Source: Antedon mediterranea
Taxonomy: Eukaryota > Animalia > Echinodermata
Assembly: GCF_964355755.1 (NCBI RefSeq)
Contig: NC_092671.1
Coordinates: forward strand, 4,030,001 to 4,094,000
Reading direction: 5' to 3'
Length of the DNA stretch: 64,000 nucleotides
Shown: positions 1 to 12,180 of the stretch, one piece after another
Layout of the letters: each line of letters starts with the position of its first letter
Numbering within the stretch: position 1 is the first letter of the stretch
Position numbers and translations under genes: made by a program
Notes under the pieces: generated by a model
Seen by the model: only the letters and a program-made list of their open reading frames with translations
Told to the model about the DNA's origin: nothing
The model's database searches: none

Positions 1-3000
1 AATTGAAGGCATCCAAAAGGGTATATCCGCTTGTCAGAACCAAATGAGAAACAGACGATGGAATTGTTCTGAACTTCAAACAAAAAATGGAAATCCTTAT
101 ACGCATCCAATTATGAGACAATGTAAGTAACGAAATGGTATCGATACATATTGATTAATAATTAATAGCATAATATCGATACTATATTATTGGATAGAGT
201 ATTAGATACACGTATTTATACTATATATCGATAGTCTATCGATAAATAAAAAAACATTCAAACTTGATGCTGCATAAGCAAATATCCCAAAAATACCTGT
301 ACATTATAAGTATACTTTATTCGATAGTATCGATACATCCGATACTATCTATACATTACCGATACTTTAATATAGAGAACTGTATTGATACTATCCTATA
401 TTATAGATACATGTATCGTTAGATCCGATATTTTATTGTTTAGTTTTACAGTAAAAAAAAGTTGGGTATATCACGTGCCAATCACAAAAACAAAACCAAT
501 ACACTCTATCACTGAGCGTTTGTTTTTGAACGGGTAACCTGTGCTATACACGTAAAATACAAGGTGCGCCAGGCACCATTACACACACATGTGCGCGCAG
601 AATAACGACTTTTCGAAATTAAAATTCTCATTATTACACGTTTACATACATACAATTATTATAACGTACATAACGCCGGCAATGTGTCAGCATATTGGCT
701 CATCAGTTTCTTTAATCTATAAGCATCAACTTATCTGTTAACACGCATTCATCATTCATAAACCACAAGTAAGTAGTACACATCGTTGATAAACAAAAAT
801 AGACTAGCTTAGTCAACAAAAATACTATAAATTATCGTGTCTTTATATAAAATAAATGTATTCACTCCATATTTAATGAATCATCATTTTAGTGCATCCT
901 TAACAGGACACCAATGTATTAGTGAATGAAAATAAGGTAATTTTGGTTCGGAAATGTAGGCCTATTTTCTAACGATGGTGTGTAGTTCACACAAAGTTAT
1001 AATCCAGGTTATTTGAAACCGTTCGAGTTCACACACAAATTTAATCCAAAATATCCGTCTTTCCATGTCTCATCATATTGCTACAGTAATTTCCATTACA
1101 GCACAAACATTTAAATCATTTGACTTTGTTATGACTGAACACGGGACCTAATATTTATCAGGCTTAGTAATCCATAGTACGTACCACTTTATTTGTCATT
1201 GCCATTTTATCTGTCTTTAAAGATCCTAATTTTCAAGTTTTGAGGAATCCAAATCGAATGTGAATCTTTCATATAAGAGTATATATTACGTTTATTTTAC
1301 AATACTTGTTACTTTAGGCTATATTATGCAAAAGCTGCTCCATAATCTTTTCTTTATATCTTAGCCTATCTCTTCTAATACACTTATAATAATATTATAT
1401 ATATTGATATAATTATAAATAAAAAACTTATTTGACCTCCATCCACACTTATGTTACTTTTAATCTAATTTATAATTAATCTATGTTTTATTAGAATGTA
1501 CAACTTTATTTGATGTGTGTGGAAAATGTCATAAAACAAACAAAAAACCAATCATATCATCAAAAACATGATACAATAATTACGGACGTTTAAAAATGGT
1601 ATAATCTAAAATATTATATCTTATAATTATGCAATCTAGATGGACTTTTTTCATCTGAGATGGACTTTCTTTATATGTACTTATATGAATTGATGACAAG
1701 TTGGGAGCAGAGATGCTAGTAGAAAACCCCAGTTCCTTATCGATTTATACAAAACTAATGAAACTAAAGTTAATATGAACTCAATCATAAGGTGTATATT
1801 ATCTTACTTCTACTCTTCCATTTCTATAATAAATTTGAATTTACATATCTGGTTTGTAAACCGCATCAATATAATTGTAAGATTGTCTGCTCTTTAGGAA
1901 AATAAAATAATACGTATGTATGTGTTGTTATTATTAAAAGCAAACGATAATGTTATCAAGCTAGAGTCAGGTCATGTAACCATTTAGACCTATATTCCGT
2001 TCTTCATCTTTTAATGTTATTAAAAATGATTATAAAAATGATTGATGTCCGTTCTACATTTACCAATAGACCTCATTTGTAAGCCCCTCTCATTTGATCA
2101 GCTTGTTTGCAAGTTCATTAAATAACAATCATGTTATGATATGAGATTTTCTACTGATTTCATTTCCCAAAACCAAGTTTTTGTTATAGATTTGTCCAGA
2201 CAGGCATGCATGTTGTAGATCACCTCAAAAGTAATTTGTCTTCTGATCCGTAAAGAATTTGTAAATCCAACTGTCCTCATTAAAGGTTGTATCAAGGGAG
2301 AAATCATTTTTTCCAGTCTACCAAAGCTGTATCAAAAGCTCAATACATTCATGAATATCAATTTTATCAGTGGAATCATAAAGACAAACATTTACGCGCG
2401 CGTAACAATGATGATACTAATGCTATGCATTTTTACGCGTGTAGAAATGATGATAATGTTGCTATGAATTTTTACGCACGTACAAGTAATGATAATGATG
2501 TTATGCGTGTTTACGCGCGCAATAACTTTTGGATGATTGTATTTTAACTGTTGGTATTTGTACTAGGCCTATGTTTACTTTTCCTTCGCTTCATTAACAA
2601 AAAATAGGAATTAAATGATCTTACGAAAACAAAGTTCAAATTGTCTTTTAGGAATATTTAACTAATAAATGTTAACTTAAATAATTTGACCCACCAATGT
2701 TCTATATATTCTGAAGCCTCCTTCCACTTACATAATATTGATTATATACATTTAATAACAATCTATGTTTTATAGATTAGATTAATAAAATAAATATCAA
2801 ACAGGGTACTTTAGAAACATTTCTAATTAGTTTCTTATATTTACACAACTTTTCCTTTACTTATTATTCTAGAACTTGCAATCTTTTTCGGTTTTATTGA
2901 ATGAAAGTATCGATCTCACTAAAGCGGAATATTAATTTTAAAAACCTCCCTCATTCGTTGTTTGTTTAAGCTACTTTACAATTACCTTTTCTTGTTTTTT

Positions 3001-6000
3001 CATATCGGAAATAGTGTCACGTGATTGATCTAAAAACTCCAAGTTGGTTGAGTGACAAGTTATAGAAAGAGAACAGCTAGAAAAAGATACATCGCCCGTA
3101 AAGCTTTCTTGAATTTATTTTAAAGACTATACTTCCTCTAACTTAATCTTTTCCTTCTTTGACAGAAGTTTGTAGTTTTTAAGTAGGCCTACCTTCATTA
3201 GATTGAGATACAAACACAAGGGTTTGTAATATTTTTGACAGAAAGAGTATGGACATTCATTAAAAAATTTGAATTCTGCATCGATTTTGTGTGTATCTAC
3301 ATATTTTATAGGTATTTTGTTAATCAACATAACATGTTTTATTTTTTAAACAAATGGATCTCAAGTTTTCTTTTGTATAGAATATCTCTATCGGAATTCA
3401 AACCTTCTACTCCATGTTTATATGTCTAGAAAAATTAGAAATATGCAATTACCGGAATGATGATTAAAGTGATGATTAAATCTTAATGTGTTCATAATTT
3501 TCTTTTTGGCTTTTATTATGTTCAGTTATATAGAAAGGTTGTAGTCAGGAGACAAGCAACTAAACTTCAGCAAAACTTAAGTAAACTATCTTGCCTTAAG
3601 AAATTGATAAAATGATGACTCCAGTTATATACCGAGTACACTTAACTGTGTTTTAATTGTTCAGAAATACATTTTTATCATCATCTAAAAGCGGTTTTTT
3701 TTTCACTATTATAGTCAATATTAAGCTTTAGGAAAACACAGCTGTGTAATTGAATGATCGTGTAAAACACGATCTTTAATTGGGTTTATCGAGTTAGAAC
3801 AGAAGTTTGAAATCATTATTATAACTATGAGTGTACATTCGTGAGTTTCAGCAACTTCGGATTAGTAGTTGGAATTAGATTATCTGCAATTTTGAATTAG
3901 GAGTGACTCAAATCGCTTTCATCTGTGATGAGTAACACTTCATATGAAAAAGATTCGAAGTTGCTACGTCAGATTTCATTAGTATACGAAGGTCATGTGG
4001 TACCGCTAACTGTCGCTTGGACACGGAAAGGGGATTATACGCGAAGAAAGTTTTTCGGATTCTTGCTATAGGAAAAGTTTTTTTGTTCTTGGGTTAACAG
4101 CTGAATGTGAGATTAATAAGAACAAACAAGTATGATTCAACACATGATATTATGACATCGATATGTTTACGGTATTAGTTAAGGCATAACTTTTAATAAT
4201 ATTACGATTCAAGGAAATTAAACTATGTCGTAACATTTGCCAGGGTACGTGTAAGCACCTCCCTCTGAAAAGTAGAATACACTTTCTTTTCTGCCGATAC
4301 ACTGCTGGCGATTTCTACATACAATTAGTACATTCTTCTATCATAACGAGATGACAACAAAGTTAAATAATTCCTCCATAATTATATAAAATACTATTTT
4401 ATATCTGAAATTATAACAATGTAGAATATAAAGTGAGCTTTGTTCTCGTATTTCGTCTCCTGCTTCAACACATAATCAGTGTTTAAACTCATTAACATGG
4501 TACGCATTTTGTACGCGCGCGCTTGAACTTTGATACTAGTTTACGGCATTTTGTACGCAATCTTCGCCTAGTGTCTCTTCGTTAACAAGAACAATGTATG
4601 CATAAGAGAATGATTTGATAATCATAAATGTTTAATGTAATGATTACATAATTATTGTGAATTTTCAAATGCATACTTTACATGTGTGGCGATAACTAAG
4701 ATAAATGGTGCGTATAGCACGCATATAGTCATAAGTTATATATATTTCGTGTGTGGGAGATTTGAGATTTTTTTAAATAAAAATGATTGTATTTCTTTTC
4801 TGTAGCTTATCCTGAAACTGCGTTTGCGTACGCGTTAACAGCGGCAGGAGTTGCGTTTAAAGTCACCAGTGAATGCAGCATGGGGCTCCTGAAAGCTTGT
4901 GGCTGTGACACCGCGTTCTCTGGATCAGCCGATACTTTTGAATGGGGAGGATGTAGCCATGATATAGACTTTGGTGTGGAATTCTCTATAGACTTTCTTG
5001 ATAGTAGAGAACGAAACAAAGATCCCAAGTCGAGGATGAATCTGCATAATAACAGAGCAGGCAGATTGGTAAGATTTTTTAAGATCAGTCAATTAATTCC
5101 CACTACATTCTGTCTTAAAGGCCAGGTGCGGGCAAAAAATTTATATTGATCATACATTCCAATAATTATCGATCTATAATTTCCTCTATGTTTCATAATT
5201 TTTGGGATTTTATTTGTGTTACACGAGCTTGTTGAAAATAAGCACTTTCTTATCAGTGGGGGGATAGTTCAAATTACACAGTAAAATCTCTATATAATTC
5301 TTTTGTACACAAATTTTGTAAATAGAGAGGCATTTTAAAAAGCTATAGAAAATAAACAGTGTGGTAAAAAATGTTATCAGATGACTAAATATAGGTAATA
5401 TAACTTGAATATTACATTTCTGATATTTTTATTCAACTTCAGATTTTTATTTTCATGCTATAGCAAAAATTATCCACCGTATATCCACCATCTTTTTTCA
5501 CCGTCTAGGGAGTCACCAGGCATGTTATTACATTAGGTTAACTACCTAACTACTGAAAAAAAGTCTTCCTGGTTTTTATTGAAGAATTTTGCAAAATTTT
5601 TTTATTTGACCATATTAAGGGAAATTCATGTTTTTTCGTCTCGATTTCTGTTACAAATATTTGATTTATGTACAATTAACCAAATATTATATTTAAAATT
5701 CATGCCTGTACCTGAGCTTTAAGCTCTGTCTACACTATCAAACTTTATGTGACAAAAAATGTGATGTTCCCATATGGACATGATGATGTCATTTTACCAC
5801 CAAATTTGGGCATATACTTATCATATTTGGGAATGACAAACATTGTCAAACTAGTTTGATAGTGTAGGCAGAGCTTTAACCTCTGATTACACTATCAAAC
5901 TGTATGTGACAAAAAAATATGATGTGCCCATACGGACACAATGACGTCATATGACTACCATGTTTGGGCACATCACACTTTTTTGGATAGTGTAGACAGA

Positions 6001-9000
6001 GCTTTATTCGATTCATAATAAGAACAATATGATATGAAAATGAACAGTAAGTCCAAAAGAAATGTTTACAAGTCATAATTGATCTTTGTTTTTAATTAGT
6101 TTTCTTGTTAATCACGTCATAAACCATAAACTTGGCTTGCAAGTGATATTGTTTATAATTGTTATTATTAGCCATTATTTTTTTCAAATTAGAATAATGC
6201 TGTTTCTTATATAATCATCTGTAAACAATAACATATTCGATGAATTTATAATCTAAAAATGTCATTTTTATAATAAAAAAAAAATAGGTACGTTTAAAAT
6301 TAATTGATTTTCGATGCAAACCAGATCTGCTAGACTTCTAAATATATAGTCAAAATTATTGGTTGCTTTGATTTTTTGATAGTTTGCATCCTTCATGTTA
6401 ATATTGACAAACCTTATTTTGTGTTCGACTTTTTAGTGAAAGGTAATGCAAACATTACCAATAATATGTTTTAAAGTTATACAGCTAATGACGTATTTAA
6501 TTCTTTGAATTACACATTTAAGTTAGCAGCATCAATTCAATTCAATTTTATTCGAGCACATAAATAACAATACAATAATGGACGGTTGTAATATAAACTT
6601 AAAAGTAAAAAACAAAGCTCAGGATGACCCAATAAAACCTTACGGTTTATTTCCGTTGGGATCCTAAAAAATCCATATAAATACGTATAACTGTTAACAT
6701 GATTGACAGAAAATATTTCTTAATATTGAGATTAATACATAATGAAAAGAACGATTATCAAGAGGAAAATAATCATTAAATAAATTATACCAAATATCTA
6801 TTTTTGTCTTTAAGTCTAAGGACCTCGAAAGGTGATGAAGTATAGCCATTTCCTGTATGGGGATTTAATACCTTTAAGAGGTATGGCTTTAAATGACATA
6901 AAATACCAACATATCAATGCCTTACAGGAGATACGTATAACAAAAACAATCATTTAATTTCTCATTTGTACATTCTTCGTCTTTTGCAAATTGCTTAACT
7001 ATAAAAATAATACATTCGATTGTTAGAACAATGTCATGCTCTTCTCTATAACATATTGAATGTAATGCTTTAAGATGTTTAAATCCGAAGTTAGATCCGA
7101 TGAATCCATCAAAGCTCGCGATACGGTGAGTAACCTGTGTGTTGAGATCGGAATCTATTCCTCCCTGGTCGCCGCCAAGCCATGTGGGTTCATTTGTATA
7201 GTTAAAGTTAATACAAACAAATTGTCGGAAATGATTTTGAACACTATGGACATAATCTGTTTGGACTTGGAAGCAATTGTCGAAATCGTTTAGAAAGGTG
7301 GTCTAGCGGTGAGATATTTTCACACCGGTGTCTTAATTGAGTCTAAGATAGATTTACATTTTTTAAATATCTGTAAGATTCTATTAATTACATGCGCTGA
7401 AATTGAACCAAAATGGACAGTTATAGACCATTGAATATACAGTACATACACACGTTTTCTGTTTATTGTTTTCCAGAAAATATTATAATTACTTATTCAA
7501 ATATTAAATACAAGTTTGTCAAAAAAATCAGAGACAATCGCGAACTTCCTGGAAAATTGAAACTAAATAATTATTTGGCTCACAATACATTCATGTTGCG
7601 GATTTTAATTATTTTCAAGTTTTGTGAAAACACAATATCCGACTTTCGTTCGGATTCAACTTGTTTTATTACAACCAACAGAGATGAAGAAAATTCATTA
7701 ATTGGCTTAGAGAAACAAAAGATACCAATAATTTTTCAACTTTTAACAATATTTTTATTTATTAAAACATATTTAGATCCAAAACAAATAACTATCATAA
7801 ATAAAATACATTAATAATCTTACCATTACCTTTGAAATAAACCTCTCTCTGTGCATCTACTCGCTTATTCTAAAACTTTAGCTGTATTCATTAGTTCATT
7901 TTAAAAATAATATAACATCGGTAACTTTTATTGTTTACGGAATAAGATGTTGCCAAAAGTATGGAAATTAGCAAAGTATGAAACGTCTACCGGTAGTCTT
8001 TTATTATTATCATCTTATATTCTCAGACTTCTTGAAACTTTGTCTGCTTAATTACAGTACATGTGTTGTGTCTACTGTATTGCTGTATTTTCTGTATCTA
8101 ACGGAATAAGAATTCTCCAAATAAAAATGGTGTTTTAGGCACTGTTTGAGTTGTAAATTCTACCGCTCTTATTTTATTAAAAAATGTCTAATCATGAACA
8201 GATAAAAACAAAAGATCCATTAATAATTATTTTTGGATAACATCATTGAAAGTCGATGCTTCTATACAAAGCTGATGGTAGACTGTTGTGTCCAATTATC
8301 TTTGACATGTTACCGATATCTGGTTAAAAAAATAAAAATTATCTCATTGGTCTTGGAGATAATTTCATAAAAAGTATTTACCCAGTAAAATTTAGTGTAT
8401 CAAATCTCATCGCTTCTGAAAGTGCCTAACATATCTACACAAATTAGATATGATTTGACCTAATATCTAGCTAAAAACGTCCATGTCCTTAACACCTGGT
8501 GGCAATTTTAATATGTACTTTTTTCATATGTCAAAACCCTATGTGGGATACTTTACAGCTGCCAATGACAACTATAATACGCTCAACAGACTTCTTCTAA
8601 AACACTTCTTACACATCCAAAATGAATCCTGTCGCAACTGATACATCAAAGACAATTTGGTCATATCCGAACCAGTAGGACATTAGTATAATGTTTGTTA
8701 GTAAGTCCTGAGGAGGTTTTCACATCATCTAACTGGTTTTTTTCTTTTTATATTTAAACACAGGCCATAGCAGAATATGTAGAAAAGAAATGCAAATGTC
8801 ATGGCATGTCAGGAAGTTGTCAGTTAAAAACCTGCTGGATGCAGAGTCCAGATTTTGGTGCAGTGGCCAAAAGATTGTACCATAAATACCAATCGTCTGT
8901 CAAGGTTAGACCAGGAAATAAAAATGGCGGCAATTTAGAGAGATCGCCAGCTACGAGAAAGCGTCGTGTCCCTCCCCAATCAGAAGTCGTGTACCTTGAA

Positions 9001-9234
9001 CAATCGCCGCACTATTGTGAGCCAGACGATGGGATTGGTTCGGCGGGAACGAAAGGCAGACTATGTAACAAAACTGGTAGCGGGATGAATAGTTGTGAAG
9101 TAATGTGTTGTGGGAGGGGGTATAATGAAAAACTTGAACGTAGAACTCACCCATGTAACTGTACATTTATGTGGTGCTGTGACGTCAAATGTCAAAGTTG
9201 TGAAACAGAAACTTTAATTGCAACTTGTAAATAA
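1..9234 (+). CDS. WNT10: Wnt10 ligand, 3' part (5' exons lie upstream of the window); exons <1-122, 4806-5068, 8764-9234
   Basis: Spliced translation ...[46 protein letters not shown]...LKACGCD...[25 protein letters not shown]...[37 protein letters not shown]...CCGRGY...[14 protein letters not shown]...TCK*. GT-AG sites and phases (1, 0) fit. RWNCSxLxTxNxxPY, [16 protein letters not shown] and NxNGGxLE match my recollection of Wnt10a/b rather than other Wnt subfamilies. Confidence 0.9.
2391..2526. repeat. Degenerate ~39-41 bp tandem repeat (~3.5 units)
   Basis: TTTACGC anchors at 2391, 2432, 2471, 2510; explains the repetitive ORF 2287-2547. Confidence 0.75.
5119..5718. mobile_element. Kolobok-like non-autonomous DNA transposon
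   Basis: TTAA on both flanks (5115-5118, 5719-5722), RR...YY termini, imperfect TIR AGGCCAGGTGCGGGCA / TGCCTGTACCTGAGCT (12/16). Confidence 0.55.
5722..6003. mobile_element. Two adjacent copies of Harbinger/Tourist-like MITE family A (5722-5875, 5879-6003)
   Basis: TIR AGCTCTGTCTACACTATCAAACT...AGTTTGATAGTGTAGACAGAGCT, TTA target duplications, internal TGTGATGTGCCC/GGGCACATCACA arms. Confidence 0.85.
6531..6670 (-). mobile_element. 3' end of a LINE (L2/CR1-like tail)
   Basis: Minus strand ends AATAAAATTGAATTGAATTGA, preceded by a stem-loop GGATCCCAA...AATAAACC/GGTTTTATTGGGTCATCC. Confidence 0.45.
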
Positions 9235-11959
9235 ACAATAAACACAACAAAACTGGAAATGATCAACTTGTAAATAAACACAACTGGAAGTTATCTAGCA
9301 AGGCACATGGGAAACTAAAAACACATTTTTTACATTTTGTATTATTTATATAATAGTTCACAATTGATTCTTTAAGACATATTAAAAACAAAACCAGTCG
9401 TATTCGTTTTAAAAATTAAATGTACATAGTTTATAACTGATAAGCAAATTTTACTGAAATAAAACAATTTTTTTGCGAATACCTTTAAGAAAAAAAATAA
9501 TTCTCAATACCCTTATATATAGAAATAAAAATGGAAAACCTTGATCAAAGATTATATGAAATAAATATATTTAAAATTAAATTATTAAACCCTTTTTGAT
9601 ATTTAATATCAACCTAATGAAATTATTAATGCCATTTTTGTTCACTAATAATTTTGCAATTATTGGTTATTCTAGTATTGTAACTGAAATGGTAAGAATT
9701 TCAACGTCAATGCGCGTACAAATTATGATGCTATGCATGCGTGTTCCTCGTGATTTCACTTAAGATATGAAAAATGCTTTATCTGAAGCATCGTTGTATT
9801 TTTGCGTATGAACTGTTTGTAATTTTATTATTATATTTCGTTATACTTTTTATGTTTCTGTAAAGTGTAAAGATGTACAGTTATACAAAATATTTATGGT
9901 AGCGCAAACTACTAGATAGAAATACATTTATAGATTTATGTAATATAAGGGGCTGCATGTTCAATTCATCTAATGTATATTGTGCTTTTACGTATACTTA
10001 TAATATAAGTAGAACTTTATTGTTTGGATGTTATTACTTTGATTGGTTATTAGAAAGAATAATGTAACATTTAGATATAAACAAAGTTTTGTTTTTTTTA
10101 AATACTAGTAGTTTGTTTTGAGATAAATAATTGCTTCAAATTACTTATTTTGATCTTTAAATTAAAGGTAAAGTGAATTTAAATAGCCTTTCAGTATCCT
10201 CATGCGGTCTGGCTACTTTCTTGCGAATGGTACAATGAAACTTTACCGTTATATGCTAATATATAGGCCTATACGGCAAAGGCCTTTTTTTCGGGACGGG
10301 GAACTATGAACTAAACTGTTAAATGACATTTTCGCAGCTTAGTTCGACCTTTTAAAATCAAGAATGCTACATGTTTTTTTTAATACTGAAATCCGGATGT
10401 TCAATGCGAATGATAATAATAATGTACTGTAATAATTATAGTTTCTAATAAATATTTCTTTCTTCTATTCTATATGTTATTTATAGGTTATTTTATTTTT
10501 ATTTTTTCATATCTTTTATATTATACATAATAAAAAAACCACATATTTAAACAAAAGCAAAATTACATTAAAAAAAGTAAACTGAGAAAATAATAAAGCA
10601 CCCATAATGGTTATATGTTGTTTTAAACTAACTAGAAACCTAATTAAAAAATTTTTTACAGTTTCGTATTACTTTTTATTATTTTTCTAATTATTTATAT
10701 TTAAAATTACATTTTCAGTAGCATTATAATGTCGTTAAAATTATATTTCACGTGTGTACAAATTGTATAAAATAGGCTTACTAAATGTAGGCCTAATTGT
10801 GGCATGAAGGCCCACCAACAAAAGCATGATTGAATTCTGTCAGTTAATTAGCACAGTCTAATATTTGTCCGAAGACATGGTATCGTGGACGTAGGCAAAA
10901 GATCACCTTGTTGTGGTTTTTAGCCGCCACAAATATGTACATACTCGGCATGTCAGAAAAGCTGTTGTAATCTCAATCAGTATTCGGCCACCCTAAATCC
11001 ATCACAGAGTTGGAGCTATGCTTCGCCACAGGCGTTTCTTTCTATCAATTATCGCAACCCTTATTAAACTTCTTTCGAAATTGTAACAATCATGAATTTT
11101 CTAAATCAAACACCATGACGAGTTAGTTGATACACACATTAATATAGAAGTTGATATTCGTATGTTATAATTTTATACCAGGTTGTATTTCACGTCATCA
11201 TTACGTATTTTTCTGGTTTTTGTTTTAATATGAATTTGTTTAGTTACTGAGTTTGGTGTTTGTTAATATCAAATCGTTAGAGGGCGCAATACTATTTCTA
11301 CTAGAGATATTCTAAAAAAATGTTTTAGATTTCTTTAGGACATCTTTTTCAACTGGAATATGATCTTGTATTTCATCACTTTAAGATCAATAATTCATTT
11401 CTTTTCAATCAAGAAGCATCTAAAAGAGAAGTTTCCAAATGGGGAGGCATTTAATGATTAGAGAGAGACCTAGACCTACTTTTTAAACATGTTTATCTTG
11501 TTTCTTTGTTAAAATAAACTGTTCATAAAACTTTGTATTTCCATTATGTATGTTTTCTTTCTAATCACATAAAATGTGTTGCCGTCTAACTGGCGAATGT
11601 GATCTTCACACAAAATAACACAACTTCTGAGATAGTTCGCCAACGGTGGTGGTCAAATAATTTATGGTTTTGAATTGTTGACAACATCGTGACTTAGTAA
11701 GAGTATTCTATTCTTTTTAATCATAAAAAATATTAATACTATAGTACTCACTTAATTAAACAATTCTACTTATATTAAATAAATCAAATTATACAGTCAT
11801 AGATAGAAGAATTGAGCCCGATGTTTAATGATAAAAATTTACTTTGTAATCAGCGTGAAAAGAGTTTCAACTTTCTACTGGGATATAGAGGGCGACATTT
11901 TACTAAGCAACCAACACACGCGCGTGAATATTTCTTCGCTGTGTGTGTGTGTGTGTCGT

Positions 11960-12013
11960 GTTTCCATAAGTAACGACGCGTGCGTACTATGTACAATATG
12001 TTACCATGAAAAC
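11960..12013. promoter_or_regulatory. Two RFX X-box-like motifs upstream of the WDR87-like gene
   Basis: GTTTCC-ATA-AGTAAC at 11960-11974 and GTTACC-AT-GAAAAC at 12000-12013, close to the X-box consensus GTNRCC(N0-3)RGYAAC, 170-220 bp upstream of the ATG. Confidence 0.6.
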
Positions 12014-12180
12014 AAAAACAAAGCAAATGAATACAGACGGCTTTTGTTACGGCGGGAGTGATCGGTGGCTGCAGCTACTGAGGAAGACGGAAGATTTCAC
12101 TTAAAACATGGATTGTATAATTTTATATTTTTAAAAAGTGCGCCACAATATAATATCAAATTTCCTGTTGTGTGATTAGA

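Noticed and set aside
6915-7814. Stop-free stretches (ORFs 7075-7293, 7413-7814 and a ~130-codon minus-strand frame) in a Wnt10 intron
   Set aside because: No recognisable domain or splice context; possibly decayed TE sequence next to the LINE tail, but not supportable.
10860-11130. Minus-strand peptide with TPVAKH, reminiscent of a Penelope GIY-YIG region
   Set aside because: Multiple stops and no other motif; too little evidence.
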